Shown here in pieces: positions 41,051 to 54,646 of a stretch of DNA of 64,000 bases (position 1 is its first letter; each line of letters opens with the position of its first letter). The notes beneath the pieces are model-generated. The model worked only from the letters and a program-made list of their open reading frames with translations. It was not told the DNA's origin and did no database searches. A program made the translations under genes and the position numbers. The stretch is from Chiloscyllium plagiosum (lineage: Eukaryota), in assembly GCF_004010195.1 (NCBI RefSeq), contig NC_057752.1, positions 888,123-952,122 on the forward strand, given 5' to 3'.

Positions 41051-41286
41051 CCTCACTTTGCTATGTTAGCACAGTTGCACTTTTACCCTGACAACCTCAA
41101 TCAAATCAGCTGCATACTGCAAGTGCAAATAGCCCAACTACATTTCATTAACATTTTGAAGTCTTTTTACCAACTGCCAGTTTCAAAATGATACTGCACC
41201 AGTTTTGCCACCCATAACCATGGCGAAAACTGAACAGGGCTATGCTAAAGGTCACTTTTGACCGGCTCAAATGTGCTCCCACTTAC

Positions 41287-41373
41287 CCCCTTGTAGATGT
41301 TAACGTCGAAAGTCCGATTGTTCAGAGGAAAGAGATTGGAATATGGACCACTCTGGTTGAAACAATCATTGTG
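41287..41373 (-). CDS. SLC11A2: DMT1 exon (glycosylated extracellular loop): HNDCFNQSGPYSNLFPLNNRTFDVNIYKG
   Basis: 87 nt, aag/gtaag boundaries, two N-glycosylation sequons (NQS, NRT). Confidence 0.93.
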
Positions 41374-42253
41374 CTTCATAAAAAAAAAACATTTTATTAC
41401 AGTGTGAAACATAATCCTCAATATTCAATATCAACAACTTCTGTGAATATATTTACCCTGCAGATGTACTACACCTCAGTACTACAAGATGACCAGAGAT
41501 TACAGTTTTGTTTTGCAGGTTTTGGTTTCAACCGGATTTTCTTCATTTTTGCTTTTGGACAGCAGCTGTTCATTATTCTGCCATTCACAGCTCCTCAGGA
41601 CCCACTGTAACAGGTCTCAAAAGGAGAAGAAATTCCTTCATTCAGACAGAAGTGAATCACTGGAATTCCTCACCCCACCCCAAAGGGTCATGGATTCTCT
41701 GGGGTAAGGCAGGATATTACACCAGGTGGGATACTGAAGGACAAAAGGTACAAAGGGACCAGTGGAATTAAACCTGGTGGGATATGAAAAGAATGCAGGG
41801 CGAGTTGGGATAAGACTGGGTGGGATATTAAAGAGTGGGAGGAGTGAAGAGAGTGGGACTTGATTAGAGATATATTAAAAAGGTGAGAGGAATGATGTGG
41901 AGAGTGAGATATTAAAGAGTGTGGGCAGTAAAGGGAATGGGATTAGACTGGATGGGATATAACAAGATGTTGGGAGTGAGGGGGAGACTGGAAGGAATAT
42001 TAAACAATGTTATGACAGGGACAGTGGGCTGAGACTGGAGGAAATATTAAAGGGTATGAGGACAGTAGGATAGTAAAGATTGAGGGGAGTGATGAGACTA
42101 GGTGGTTCCTTGAGAACTTTATACATACAGATTTTTAATATACTAAGTGACCTCTGTCCCAAAATATTCAGCCAATGTGTACTAGCACCCTGATTTGGGA
42201 ATGGCCACAGTATAAGCATGTTTCCAGTAGAGTACATTACCTCCAACACTCAC

Positions 42254-42412
42254 CACTTGTGCATTGGTCTTATCATAAAAAGCCTGCGCAAACACAGAGA
42301 CCACAAAGACGTTGATGAGGAACGAAACAAACAGAGCCATGCAGGCTTCAATGAAAAAGTAGCGATTTGCCTCCTTCACTTCATTCTTATTGGCTCGGTT
42401 TACTTCCCTGGA
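42254..42412 (-). CDS. SLC11A2: DMT1 exon: [53 protein letters not shown]
   Basis: 159 nt, cag/gtgag boundaries. Confidence 0.96.
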
Positions 42413-42417
42413 CTGAC

Positions 42418-42484
42418 AGAGGGAGGAGAGGGAGGAGAGGGAGGAGAGGGAGGAGAGGGAGGAGAGGGAGGAGAGGGAGGAGAG
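42418..42484. repeat. (AGAGGGAGG)7 tandem repeat forming the polypyrimidine tract of an SLC11A2 acceptor
   Basis: Perfect 9-mer repeat 3 nt from the AG at 42414-42413. Confidence 0.9.
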
Positions 42485-43589
42485 AAAAAAATGTCAGTAC
42501 TAGGATTTCAGAGCATGTGCAGCATGGGGTTGAAACAGTTTAAACACTTATTAACTTCCTTTTCAGTCATCACATGACACCAGGTTATAGTCCAACAGGT
42601 GTTTTTGAAATCACAAAAGCCAGTCTGCACGTGTGCCTCCCGTCACTTCACCTGACGAAGGGGCAGTGCTTCAAAAGCTTGCGATTTCACATAAACCTGT
42701 TGGACTATAACTTGGTGTCTTGTGACTTCAAACTTTGTTCATCCCAGTCCAACACCAGCACCTCCGCATCCACAAACAAGCCTAACCTGTGTAGGGCAGG
42801 GAAGAAATCACATAATGATGCTAAACAGATAATGTCCAGCGTACTACAAATGTTTCGCAATATCACACAACATATCTTCTGTTATCAGCATTTTTGGAAA
42901 GATTCCCATTGCAAGTGGCAGGATTTATTCAATATGGATTATTGCATGATCCCAAATCCCCAAACTCATGGGAGTTTGAGCTTATCTTTGGTTGCCAGTC
43001 ATACTAACTCAAAACAGTCCTAAACACAGCCACTGGTGACCAAGTGAGGGCAGAGTTAAGGGCTGGGTGGAAACTATCAGCTGACATACAAAGTGCAGAA
43101 AGGGACATATTAGGTGAGTAATTGATTGAGTTTGGCTGCCAATATGTGAGACAATGTGAGAGCACACATGGTTAATTAAGAGTCATCACGTGAGGAGGTT
43201 ATGGGATGGCAACTAATGTTCGAAGAAAAGCCAACAGATGTCACAGCAATAATAATAAAGAAAACAGTCTCGCCATTCCCCCCTCCCCCACAATGCTCGA
43301 GGTAACTTCAAACAGGTTTAAAGCTCAAAAACCACTTGAAACAGCAATATATTAGCTTCCAAACATCTGAATTTCTGTACCCATCCAAACCACAATCCAT
43401 TTCATACTTCTTGTGACACGTGCTAGCAACTTTAAACAAACAGTGTACACGTGGCAGAGGATTAAACACACTGATATGAACTACTCATACATATGAACAC
43501 AAAGAATGAGCTTGGCACCTTAAAGTGGTGTAGGTAACAGGATGTGTCAAATGAAATACTTCTGTTACTTAACACTTCACCTGTGTACA

Positions 43590-44005
43590 TGCAAATAGAA
43601 CAGAGAACAAAGATGAGTACAGCAGAAGAATCAGGCCCTTCTGCCCACCATGTCTGTGCTGACCATGATGCCATTCTAAAATAATCCATCTGTCTGCACA
43701 TAGCCCATATCTTTACTTTCTGCCTGTTCATGTATATGTCAAAAAGCCTTGCAACTTCGCTGTCGCATTGGCGTCTACTACCTGCGCTGGCAGCACATTC
43801 CAGGCACCTACCACCCAGTGTAAAAAAACAACTTTCCTTGTGCATCTCCTTTAAACTTTCTCCCTCTCACCTTAAACCTATGCTGCCTCATATTTGACAT
43901 TTTTACTGAGTAAAAAACTCCACTACCCACCATGTGCCCCTCAATTTTATATACATCAATCAGGTTGTCCCTCAGCCTCCAATGTTCTAGTGAAAAACAA
44001 TCCAT
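43590..44005 (-). mobile_element. CR1 3' fragment
   Basis: FSLEHWRLRDNLIDVYKI...HRFKVRG. Confidence 0.75.
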
Positions 44006-44287
44006 GACACACCAGCTGCTAGCTATATGGTGGACGGTGGCTTGAATGCACTGGCCATCACCTACATGTGGGCACAGGACACATGTACAACTCACTCATC
44101 ACTTTGACAGGAATGAGCAAGACCAGAGAGGAACAGGTCACGCCATCCCCCAATTTCACTGACAAATTGGAGGAACGGGAAATACCTGCAAGCACTCCAC
44201 CATGTTACACGGAGCTTCGGTCAGTCTGCAACATAGAAATGGAGCTTTAAAAAGATCCAAATGTTAAAAAAAATATGCAAAACTCAC

Positions 44288-44443
44288 CTTGACCAAAGCG
44301 GAGTGCAGATAGATATTGTGGGGCATGATTACAGCTCCAACAATTCCAACGGCTTGCTCCAACTGACGGGTTCCACAGCCTGCACAGAAGGGAACAAACA
44401 TCCCCTTCAGTAGCTGTCCCTGGTCTGGGTGTACAGTCACATA
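44288..44443 (-). CDS. SLC11A2: DMT1 exon: [52 protein letters not shown]
   Basis: 156 nt, cag/gtgag boundaries, TM6 MPH motif. Confidence 0.97.
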
Positions 44444-45946
44444 CTGGAAGGCACAGAAACAGAGTTTTGACATGAGAGAAAAAAAAACTTATTTAGCAGA
44501 AATGATAGATTATTTAACTTGTACAAGCAGCATTTTAAATGACATACAGCGTATCTAAGGTGATATCGTTTCCCAGAACTGATTATGAATTTTTACATAG
44601 ATTGCCACAGTTTTGAAGAAAGGCAGTTTTGCACATAATCTCCTACTGCAGCAGCAGATGAAGCTGTAGGACTAGTGTCGCTCCAACACTTCATTTTGAC
44701 CTGAAGCTTAACTGATGAATGGGACTGTGATATGGTGACACCAATCACAATGAATAAAATGAGGCACACAGAGGTGCATATCCTTATTTACAAAAGTATC
44801 CTCTTCACACTGTATGGCCACAGAGCAGGTTTACCAAGCACACTGTATGCTATAGTCAAAGCTCAGTAAACGAATTTAGGTTACTCCAAGTAACAGTCTT
44901 ACAAATACCATTAAGTGGAACATGGCAGACTTGGGAGCTTAGGAACAGGAAGATCAATTACATCATGACTGAACTGTACCAAACCTGCATCTCACTACCT
45001 TGGTTCCATAATCCTTAATGATTTCACCTCGCAAAAACCTCAGCAATTTCAGTTTAGCAATCTCTAACTGATCCCCAATTGACCAATGGTATGGTGTGGG
45101 ATGAAGGGAGGAATGCAAGAATATAATTATCTTTTGTGTGAATAACAACTACATCACAGTATCCCTGAAGGGTCGGATGTTGATTTAAAGCTTTTACCCT
45201 GTCCTTCTGGACTCTTCTGACCAAGGAAAGTCTCTCCATCTATGAGCACTTACAATCATCTTAATTCAGTTAGATCACTCCTTAATCTTCTGCACAACAA
45301 GCTAATCTATGCACCTAGAGTCTTTGTAATTTAATCCTTTCAACCAAACATAGGTTCAAGTGGCTGTGGTTACCCATACACAGAGTAGCTGCACACAACT
45401 GCCATGACAATAATGCTAAGAACTGCCATATAATTTAGCACAGCACACAATCAAGGCCTCAGAGGCATAGACTATTGCAATTGGTTCTCAACAAGAGGAG
45501 TTGAGCACAAGAGCACATGGTCCATCTGAACACATGCTTGTGTTCTCCCCTCTCCCTGTTGCAAAAAAAATCCTGCCTTGCGATGTTGAAGGCATGTTAT
45601 CCAGATGTGACAAGATAATCCATGTATGGAATTGGGGGGAGCAAGCTGGTGTGACTCAATGATCAGCCTGCATTGTAGATTCTGCTGTATGAAAGAGGGA
45701 GGGAGGGGATGGTATAATCAGGAAAATGGACAGTCTATATCAGTGAATCTGTTCCTGTTGATAGAATAGTGCAATGTGGATAATCTGAATGAAAACATTG
45801 GCAATGCTACAGAATATTGCACTAATAAACCTAAATTTAGAACCAAAATCCATAGAATAGGAGACAATATCAAACTTGTGCTTTAAGACCTGTGGTTCAG
45901 AGGACGAACATATAGAGGGGAGAAGATGGACAGTTGCAAAATTTAA

Positions 45947-46455
45947 GGAGAAAGTGAGGATGCAGATACTGGAGATCTGAGTTGAAAAGTGTGACGCTGG
46001 AAAAGCACAGGTCAGACAACATCCAAGGAGCAGGAGAATCGATGCTTCGGGCACAAGCCCTTCATCAGGAATGTGTGTGTGTTGGGGGGGTGGGAAGCTG
46101 AGAAATAAGTAGGAGAGTGGGGGTGAGGTAGCTGGGAAGGTGATAGGTAGATGAAGTTGGGGGGTGATGATGATAGGTTGGAGGCAAAGTGGAACCGATA
46201 CATGACGACGAAGATGGACAGGTCAAGAGGACGGTTCAGAGTTGGAAGGTTGGATCTGGGATGAGGTTGGGGGGAGATGAGGTAAGTGGTGTGGAGGTCA
46301 ATATTGATGCTGTGTCCCAAGGCGGAAGATGAGGTGTTCTTCCTCCAGGCTTGGATTTGGCAGTGGAGGCAGCCCAGGACTTGCTTGACCATGGTGGAGT
46401 AGGAGGGGGAGTTGAAGTGGTCAGCCACAGGACGGTAGGGTCTGGGACACATATA
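45947..46455 (-). mobile_element. Penelope-like remnant
   Basis: PVADHFNSPSYS...QVLG peptide plus terminal repeat cctgatgaagggcttgtgcccgaagcatcg. Confidence 0.75.
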
Positions 46456-46519
46456 CCAAACAACCCCACTGCTTCATTTTATTCCATGGTTTTGAGACAG
46501 ACAAATCAATCATTTCAGA

Positions 46520-46845
46520 ACATTAAAAATAATGAGGGGTATAGACAGAGTTGGTAGTAGCTGTCTTTTCCCTAGAATGGGGACTTCAAGTCTAAGGGGC
46601 ATATTTTTAAGGTGAGAGGAAAGAGATTTTAAAAAGACATGAGGGGTAATTTTTTTTCCACAGAGGGTGGCTCGCATGTGGAATAAACTTCCTGGGTACA
46701 ATTACAACATTTGGATAAGTACATGGATTGGAAAAGTTTGGGCCAGGAGCAGGGTGGGGCGGGGGGTGGGACTAGTTTAGTTCGTGTTTAAAGTCGGTAA
46801 GGTCTGATTGATCTGAAGGGTCTGTTTCCGTGCTGTATGACTATT
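46520..46845 (+). mobile_element. CR1 3' fragment
   Basis: Same 3' sequence as the other CR1 tails. Confidence 0.75.
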
Positions 46846-46916
46846 TTAGAAGTCATTATGAAACAAGCATAACACACCAAACCATGAAATGTTCTATATG
46901 GGTTAACATACACTTA

Positions 46917-47105
<189 letters not shown>

Positions 47106-50100
47106 TTACCATGACTCAAACATCTCAAACCATTTCACAGGAAATTATACTGAAGTGAAGTAGTCAGTCAATTAACATGCCAGCCAATTTGCACTCAGAG
47201 TCCAAACACCAACAATGAGTTAAAAAGTCCAGTTGATCTGATTTTAGGGTTTTAAAAAAAATCTTGTGGGATGCTGGTTTTTGGGGGAGAACAGAGAGAA
47301 GAATATTAGTCAGGACAGCTGAAGAACTCCCTCTTTCAAAAAAAATACTATGGGATCTGTAATTAAATCTGTTCCACTGATTAAAGTTGCTGTCATTTTT
47401 AAAGGAAGACACCTGTGACAGGGAAGCACTCATTCAGTATTACACTGACATGTTAGCCAGCATTAACTGCTCAAGTGGGGCCCATAACCTTTGTATTTAG
47501 AGAAAGTAACAAGGAGTTACACTTGGATCAATCCAAGAACATGAAGACATTAGGTATGAGGCAGTTGTAAGTGGTGCACTGAGCAGCAAATAGTGTGTCT
47601 GGTCTCAAACACCCAATTCAGAGCATTCTGTATTATGAAGAGTTCCGTCAGGAGTGGTGGGAAGGGGAATCCAGCTTTAAAATACAGAATTAAGAAGTCC
47701 AAATGCTGAATTCTACAACTTTTTGGGCATTTACTTCCCCATCTTTCAGACATAAATAGGTTTGCGCCTGCTGAATCAGCCCATCCTATTCCAGCTAAAA
47801 GCACGCTTAATGCAAGGTTGCTGGTGGAACATGGTGAAGCCTAACTTTCTCCCCACAAAAGTGGCCATTTATCAGTTTCTGCATTGAAGATAGATCACCT
47901 ATTTGTTTGCGCATTTTTGCTGAAGCATCCAACTTTCCTAGACTACCCTAATGTCTTTGCAATTGCTGTTGCATTATAAGCAGCAGATTGGCATTTCATA
48001 TGAATTGGTAGAAGGGTCAAACAACATCACAGGCAGTATTTTCACTCTTCACAACAGCGAGAAAGTCATATTTGCAAACTACCTGGCATTTGCCTGGTCT
48101 GTCAGATGTGAGTCTGCTACTTCCATTTCACTCAGAGGTAGTAGCTGAGCTTTGTTACCTGCTGCAAGCAACAGTACAGTCACCTCCCAACTATTGCGAC
48201 AGCTTTCTCAGTAACCCGGAAGGTCACTGCAGCATTAGGCTTTCGTGCAACAGGATCTTTCCAAAATACTGAAGCAGCTATCTACCAGAAATGTTCATTC
48301 GTGTGCAAGGGGAGTTCTGTCATGATTGCTGGAGTTAAACAACTGTCCACTTTCCAGGGAGAAGAGTTCAGACTGCTTGAAGAGCACGCTGTTGTCAGAT
48401 TTGAGTTGTGGACTGGTGCTATTGAACGGAGTTTCCTCAGTACCCGCCCCCCCAACCCCAATTCCCCTCCCCTGTACTGTGTTTGAGACTCAGCGCACTT
48501 TCCCAACTGGGGTGTAACAGCAATCAGTGATCTTCGGAAAAATGATTTGTTGCTTGGGCTTTTCTTGCTTTGGGATGTTCTGTGGGCAGGTGTGAAAATG
48601 CCACTCCCTCAAGGATAGCCTTCATTTCAGTAATTCCCTGCACCTGAACAGCAATGAAGACAGGAAGCCTCTGCACTCTGTCCACTGGCCACTTATGGTG
48701 GATGTAAAGGCTGCGGCCAATGCCTTTTGCTCTTACGCTAATGTTTGTCTGAAGGCAAGCCCAGAGATACCAACTGCATGCCCATAAAGGGGGCATATAA
48801 TGTAAATGTAGTACTCAGAATTGATGAACTGGAAATAACTTCATATACAGTGATTCATTGGTGGGGGGTTACATTACTGGTCACTTTGTCACAGGAGGCA
48901 GTTCTATCTTTTGGTTCGGTTAGTCTCAGCTCCGGGACTAGAGGTATTGGCCACAAAGGGCAAGAGCATCGAGAAGCACCGCAGGAACTTCAACCTTTGC
49001 AACTGCTCAACAAGTTCAAGGCCCTTGCAACCTGTGTGCATAATAGCAGGGGCAGCAGGGAAGATGACCAAAGTGACCATAAAACCGTGATAGGAGGTGG
49101 CCACTGAACTTGTTCTTTTGATGGTGGTGCTGACATGGTAAAAAGTGCAGTAGTGAGAGACAATATAGTTTGGGGGGGGGGGGGGGGGGGGGGGAGGAAA
49201 GGGAAGAATAGATATGGTTCTGTGCAACAGAGCATGAGATCTGAAGGCTGTGTTGACTGCACGGTTTAGGAAATCCTGTAAGTTGAAGAGGAACTTCAGA
49301 GAGTTCCTGTATCCAGTTGTGGCACACGCAGGTAACAATGACAGACAGGACTAAGAGGTTTTACTTAAGACAGTATCAGTAAATAGGGATTAAATTAAAA
49401 ACAACCATAAAAGGCGACAATCTCTTGATAACTACCTGAGCCATAAGTGAATTTGCAGAGAGCAAATAAGGTCAGAGTTTAATGTGTGACTCTCAGGTTG
49501 GTGTGGGATAAACAGGTTGATTGATGGGCATGAGACCAGTACTTGGAGAAAGAGAGAGATGAACCAGTGAATCAGGTTTCATTTGAACCATACTGATTGA
49601 TGTCCTTGCAAATGTATAACTAGGTTTGTAGAGGGGGTTTAAAATTAAACAGAATAAGAAATACAGAGGTAGGAAGGGCTCACATGGAAATTTCAAAAGT
49701 TCATGAAAAACAGACAAGGTAATACCACAGGCAGAAAAATGGATAATGATAAAGTGAGACAAGAAGGAACATACAAATCTAAGAGTGTACCAAATCAGAT
49801 CACAGCATTTGTAACAAGATGGATGACTTAATACAAATGAATGGGTATGAAATGAAGGCCATTACAAAAACTTGATTGCAAAGCTGGGAACCAAATATCC
49901 TAGGGTGCAGGACATATTAGAAAGAGAAAAAGAAAGGGAACAAAAACAAAAATTACAAGAGAGACTCTGAGTCGAGCAGCATCTGTGGAGAGAAAGCAGA
50001 GTTAATGTTGAGTCCAGTGACCCTGGATCCAAAACCCATTCTGTAGAAAGGTCACTGAACTTGAAACATTAACTCTGCTCTCTCTGCAGACAGGCAGTCC

Positions 50101-50503
50101 TGTTGCGTCTCTACAGTAATTTCTATTTTTGCTTTAGGTCTTCAGCATCGGAGTTCTTTGTTTTGTTATACAAGGGTGGGGGGGGTGACTGTGTTAAGAA
50201 AGAATGAGATCAGTACAACAGTTAGAAACAATCTTGTTTCTGAAAATCAAGATACAAAGCAGTTTAGACAGGCAACAAAAAAAGTGAGATAAAATGATTA
50301 CTCGTGCAAGTAGCTTATCAGCCTGGTAACAGTAGCTACACTGTAGGGAATATAAATCAATAAATGTTGGGCAGTTGTAAGGAAGTGCGTGCAGTAATAA
50401 TGGAATATTTTAATTTGCATATAAATTATCAAATCAAACTAATAAGGTCACCTTGAGCATAAGGTCACAGAGTATATTTGGAAGTCTCTTAGAAGCATGT
50501 TTT

Positions 50504-51392
50504 AGATGTAGGTTTGCTCGCTGAACTGGAAGGTGATGTGTTTTCAGACGTTTTGTCACCATGCGCAGTAACATCTTCAGTGAGCCTCCGGATGACAGCG
50601 TAGTGGTGTAGCCCGCTTTCTATTTATATATTTGAGTTTCCTTGGGCTGGTGATGTCATTTCCGGTGGTGACACAATTTCCTATGGTGATGTCATTTCCT
50701 GTTCTTTTTCTCAGGGGTGGTAAATGGGGTCCAAGTCAATGCATTTGTTGATAGAGTTCTGGTTGGAATGCCATGCTTCTCGGAATTCTCGTGCGTCTGT
50801 TTGGCTTGTCCAGTCACAGTAGTGTACAAAATTCCATGCAAGGACTGCACAAAACACTACATAGGACAAACAGGAAGACAGCTAACAATTCGCATCCATG
50901 AACACCAACTAGCCACGAAACGACACGACCAGCTATCCTTAGTAGCCACACACGCAGATGACAAGCAACATGAGTTTGACTGGGACAACACTACTATTAT
51001 AAGACAAGCCAAACAGAGAACAGCCAGGGAATTCCTAGAGGCATGGCACTCATCCACAGATTCAATCAATAAGCACATCGACCTGGACCCAATATAGCGA
51101 CCACTGCAACGGACAGCTGGAACTGACAACCGGAAGCGGCAGAGACAAACCACTATAAATGCCGGAGGAAACATCACAGAAGCGCTTCACAGGAGGCTCC
51201 CAAGCACTGAAGAATTCAGGAAACCTAAACACACAAATAGAAAGCGGGTCATAACACCAGTGCTTTGCCGGAGACTCACTGATGATGTTACCTAGTATGG
51301 TGACGAAACGTGTGAAAACAAACCTCCCAGCTCAGCGAGCAAACCGACTTCCAGAACTTCAACCTGAGCTACAAATCTTCTCAAAACCTCGC
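50504..51392 (+). mobile_element. Penelope-like element with GIY-YIG fragment and inverted arms
   Basis: VVYKIPCKDCTKHYIGQTGRQLTIRIHEH...REFLEAWHS; TSD tagaagcatgtttt at 50490-50503 and 51393-51406; hammerhead-like cores at 51279-51312 (+) and about 50547-50580 (-). Confidence 0.88.
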
Positions 51393-53154
51393 TAGAAGCA
51401 TGTTTTTAAACATAAATCAAAGCATTTAAAAAAAAAAAGAGTTGGTTATAATAGGACTAAAACACAAGTTAAAAGGCCAGAAGTAGCTAAGAAGTGTGAG
51501 AGGAGCTATTTTATAACCCACAAGAATATTGCACTGAGAAAGACACACCATGGCCAACTCGGAGTTAAAAATTGCATGTTAACATTTTAGGTCCAGTGAT
51601 CCTTCTTCAGAGCTATTCTGAAAAAGGGTCATGGGACCCGAAACATTAACACACTGCTTTCTCTCCACAGATGCTGCCAGACCTACTGAGTTTCTCCAGC
51701 AATTTTATTTCCAGCATCTGCAGATCTTTGTTTTTTTGTTAAGAAACGCATGTGTTTGAAAGAAAAGGCTATAATGCTGCAATAATTAGCGGCAAGTCCA
51801 AAAACTGAATATTTTAGGAACTAGCAAAAGATGGCTTTAAAAGAATATGGAATGAGAAGTTAGAATGAGAGTTTCCATGTATATAAGAAAGAAGACTTCA
51901 AAGTAGGCATCCTTGGAAGAGGCTTCGCAGTAAGGTTGAAATCAACTGGAGAACGTGAGGAATGTAGATGCTGGAGATCAGAGTCAAGACTGTGGTGCTG
52001 GAAAAGCACAGCAGGTCAGGCAGCATCTGAGGAGCAGGAGAATCCTGATGAAGGGCTTATGCACAAAAAACATTGATTCACCTGCTCCTTGGATGTTGCC
52101 TGACCTGCTGTGCTTTTCCAGTATCTGCAATCTTCACTTTCTCCTATAAGGAAGGAAGGGAGTAGCTAAAGTAAATGACATCCCCTTTGAAGAGGTGGCT
52201 AAGGAATTAATAAATGAGAAACAAGGAAATGATTTGGATTTTGCACAAATATTTTACATTTCACTTTGTATCTTCTACCATTAAGAGAATGCCAAGAATC
52301 ATAGACAATCAAGGGGCAAAAGGCAAGAACTTCAAATCATCCGGATATCTAGAGAAGTAGTGTTAAGAAAACAGATGAGACTAAAGAATGACAGTTCCAT
52401 GGACCTGATGGTCTACAATCTAGGGTCTTAAAAGCAATGGCTGGAGAGACAATCTTCCAAAATTCTCAAGTTTCTAGAAAGGTTCCAGCAGAATGGAAAA
52501 CTGCAAATGCAACATTTATTCAAAGGCAGAAGGCAGTCAGAAAACAAGAAATTAGGAGTCAGTTAGCCTAACACGCGCAACCAGGAAAATGCTATAATCA
52601 ATTATTGAGGTGGTCATAGGAGGATATTTAGAAGATCATAACACCAGGACAACACTTTGTTTGAATGAAAGAGAATCAATGGAACAAGCAAGGTAGATAA
52701 AAGGGGATGATGATGTATAGTTCCTTTGGATTTCCAAAAGGCAGGTGTCACAGCCAGCCAGTGATGCACTCCATGAATGAATTTTTAAAAATTTATATGC
52801 AAGGTAACAGAGTCATAGTCATACAGCATAGAAACAAACCCACCGATCATGTTCCCAAACTAAACTAGTCCCACCTACCTGCACTTGGCCCATATCCCTT
52901 CAAACCTTTTCTATTCATGAACTTAAATAATGTCTTTTAAATGTTGTAACTGTACCTGCATCCACCACTTCCTCTGGCAGTTCAGTCCACACATGAACCA
53001 CTCTGTATAAAAAGTTGCCCCTCTTCTCCTCTTGCCTTAAAAATATGCTCTCTAGTTTTGAACTCACCCACCCTACGCAGAAGACCTTTGTTATTTACCC
53101 TACCTATAACCCTCATGATTTTATAAACCTCTATAAGAGGTGACCCCTCAATGC

Positions 53155-53923
53155 TATTATGAAGTTGAAGGTGTGTACTGTACCTTTAAGAGAGAGTGAA
53201 TGGTGCTGTGAAGTGAGAGATTACAAGCACCTGTGTATATGACTAGATGGCAGTCTCAGAGTGTACTGGAAAATTGAAAATATAACATTTGGTTGTGAAA
53301 TGGATACCGGAGTTGATTGCTATTTTGACAACAGTTTAAATTTAACCATCTTAAATTATGCCCCAGGATACGAAAACCCAATAGAGTTTGAATTAATTGT
53401 TTTGCCAACATCGAACCAATGAGACAATCTGATGTTGGGGATATTAAAAAAAGCAGACATTTTGAAATTGGAAAGAGAACAACTGCCATCAGCACAGATC
53501 CAAGAAATTAGGAACACTCTCTATCAAAAGGTACCTTTTCATATGAAATATATTCGAAGTAAAAAGACAGACAACAACCCAAGGAGATCTACAGCTGGAA
53601 GAAGAAAAAACAGAAGATGACAGCCACTGCGTGGTTTTGATTTTAAGTTGATGTAATTTTAGTAAGTGTCTTATTGGAACAGCACATTGTTATAGAGTTG
53701 GAGGCAGGTAATAAGCAGTTAGAGAAAGGGTGGGGCTTAGAGTTATGAATATTTGTTGTTTGATGTTCACTTTTAGAGTTAAAGAATAAATTGATATTAT
53801 TTTCTTTAAATATTTGAATTTGAGAGTCCTCGGTCATTCATATTTTCAGAGGTTACAAAGCGAGGTGAGCTTTTCTGGGTGTTTGGTTTAATTAGCAGAG
53901 GGGTTCACCGCCATGCCGTAACA
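53155..53923 (+). mobile_element. Solo LTR (probably Gypsy) inserted in a minus-strand CR1 3' fragment (about 52810-54150)
   Basis: T(A)TTATG...CGTAACA termini, 4-bp flanks atgc/acgc, internal AATAAA; the host CR1 sequence resumes on both sides. Confidence 0.7.
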
Positions 53924-54597
53924 ACGCTCCAGTGGAAAAACTCCTAGCCTATCCAGCCTCTCCTTATAACTCCAACTCTCCATTCCCAGTTACATCCTGG
54001 TAGATCTTTTCTGAACCCTCTAAAATTTAATAATGTCCTTTCTGTAGCAAGGCGACCAGAACTGGACACACTACTCCAGAAGGGGCCTCACCAATATCCT
54101 ATACAACCTCAACAACTCCTATACGCAGAAGGTCTGAGCAATGAAGTTATCAGATTACAGACGGAGGATTGGCTGAGTAGAGATAATTTTCAGATTGGCA
54201 AACTATAACCAGTGGGATGCCATAGGGCTGTGTGCTGGAATCTCACCTTTTTATAATCTATAACAATGACTGGACTGAGGGGATTAACTATACTGTAGCC
54301 AGGTTTGATGATGATACAGATAAGCAGAAGCACTACTCGTACTAGTTGCAAAGAGTTGTCATTGGATTCAAAACCCTGTTTCTTTCCCCACAGATGGTGC
54401 CAGACCTGTTGAGTTTCTCCGGCACTTTGGATACAGGAGATCTGAAATAAAAACCAACTAATTTGCTTTTATTCTGTAGAAAGACTAGTTGTGAGAAGGA
54501 TGCAAACAGCCTGAAAAGGAATATAAATAAATTGTCTATAAATGTGGGAAAATGGGAGGTTGTCCATTTTGACAGAACAGAAAAGCAGATTATTATT

Positions 54598-54600
<3 letters not shown>

Positions 54601-54643
<43 letters not shown>
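54601..54643. repeat. (AG)n microsatellite
   Basis: Direct reading. Confidence 0.95.

Positions 54644-54646
<3 letters not shown>

Noticed and set aside
42218..42577. Plus-strand ORF with (GGE)n repeat
   Set aside because: Antisense reading of an SLC11A2 exon and its polypyrimidine repeat
50717..51097. 126-aa ORF as a host nuclease gene
   Set aside because: Truncated Penelope GIY-YIG fragment fused to inverted sequence within a TSD-bounded insertion
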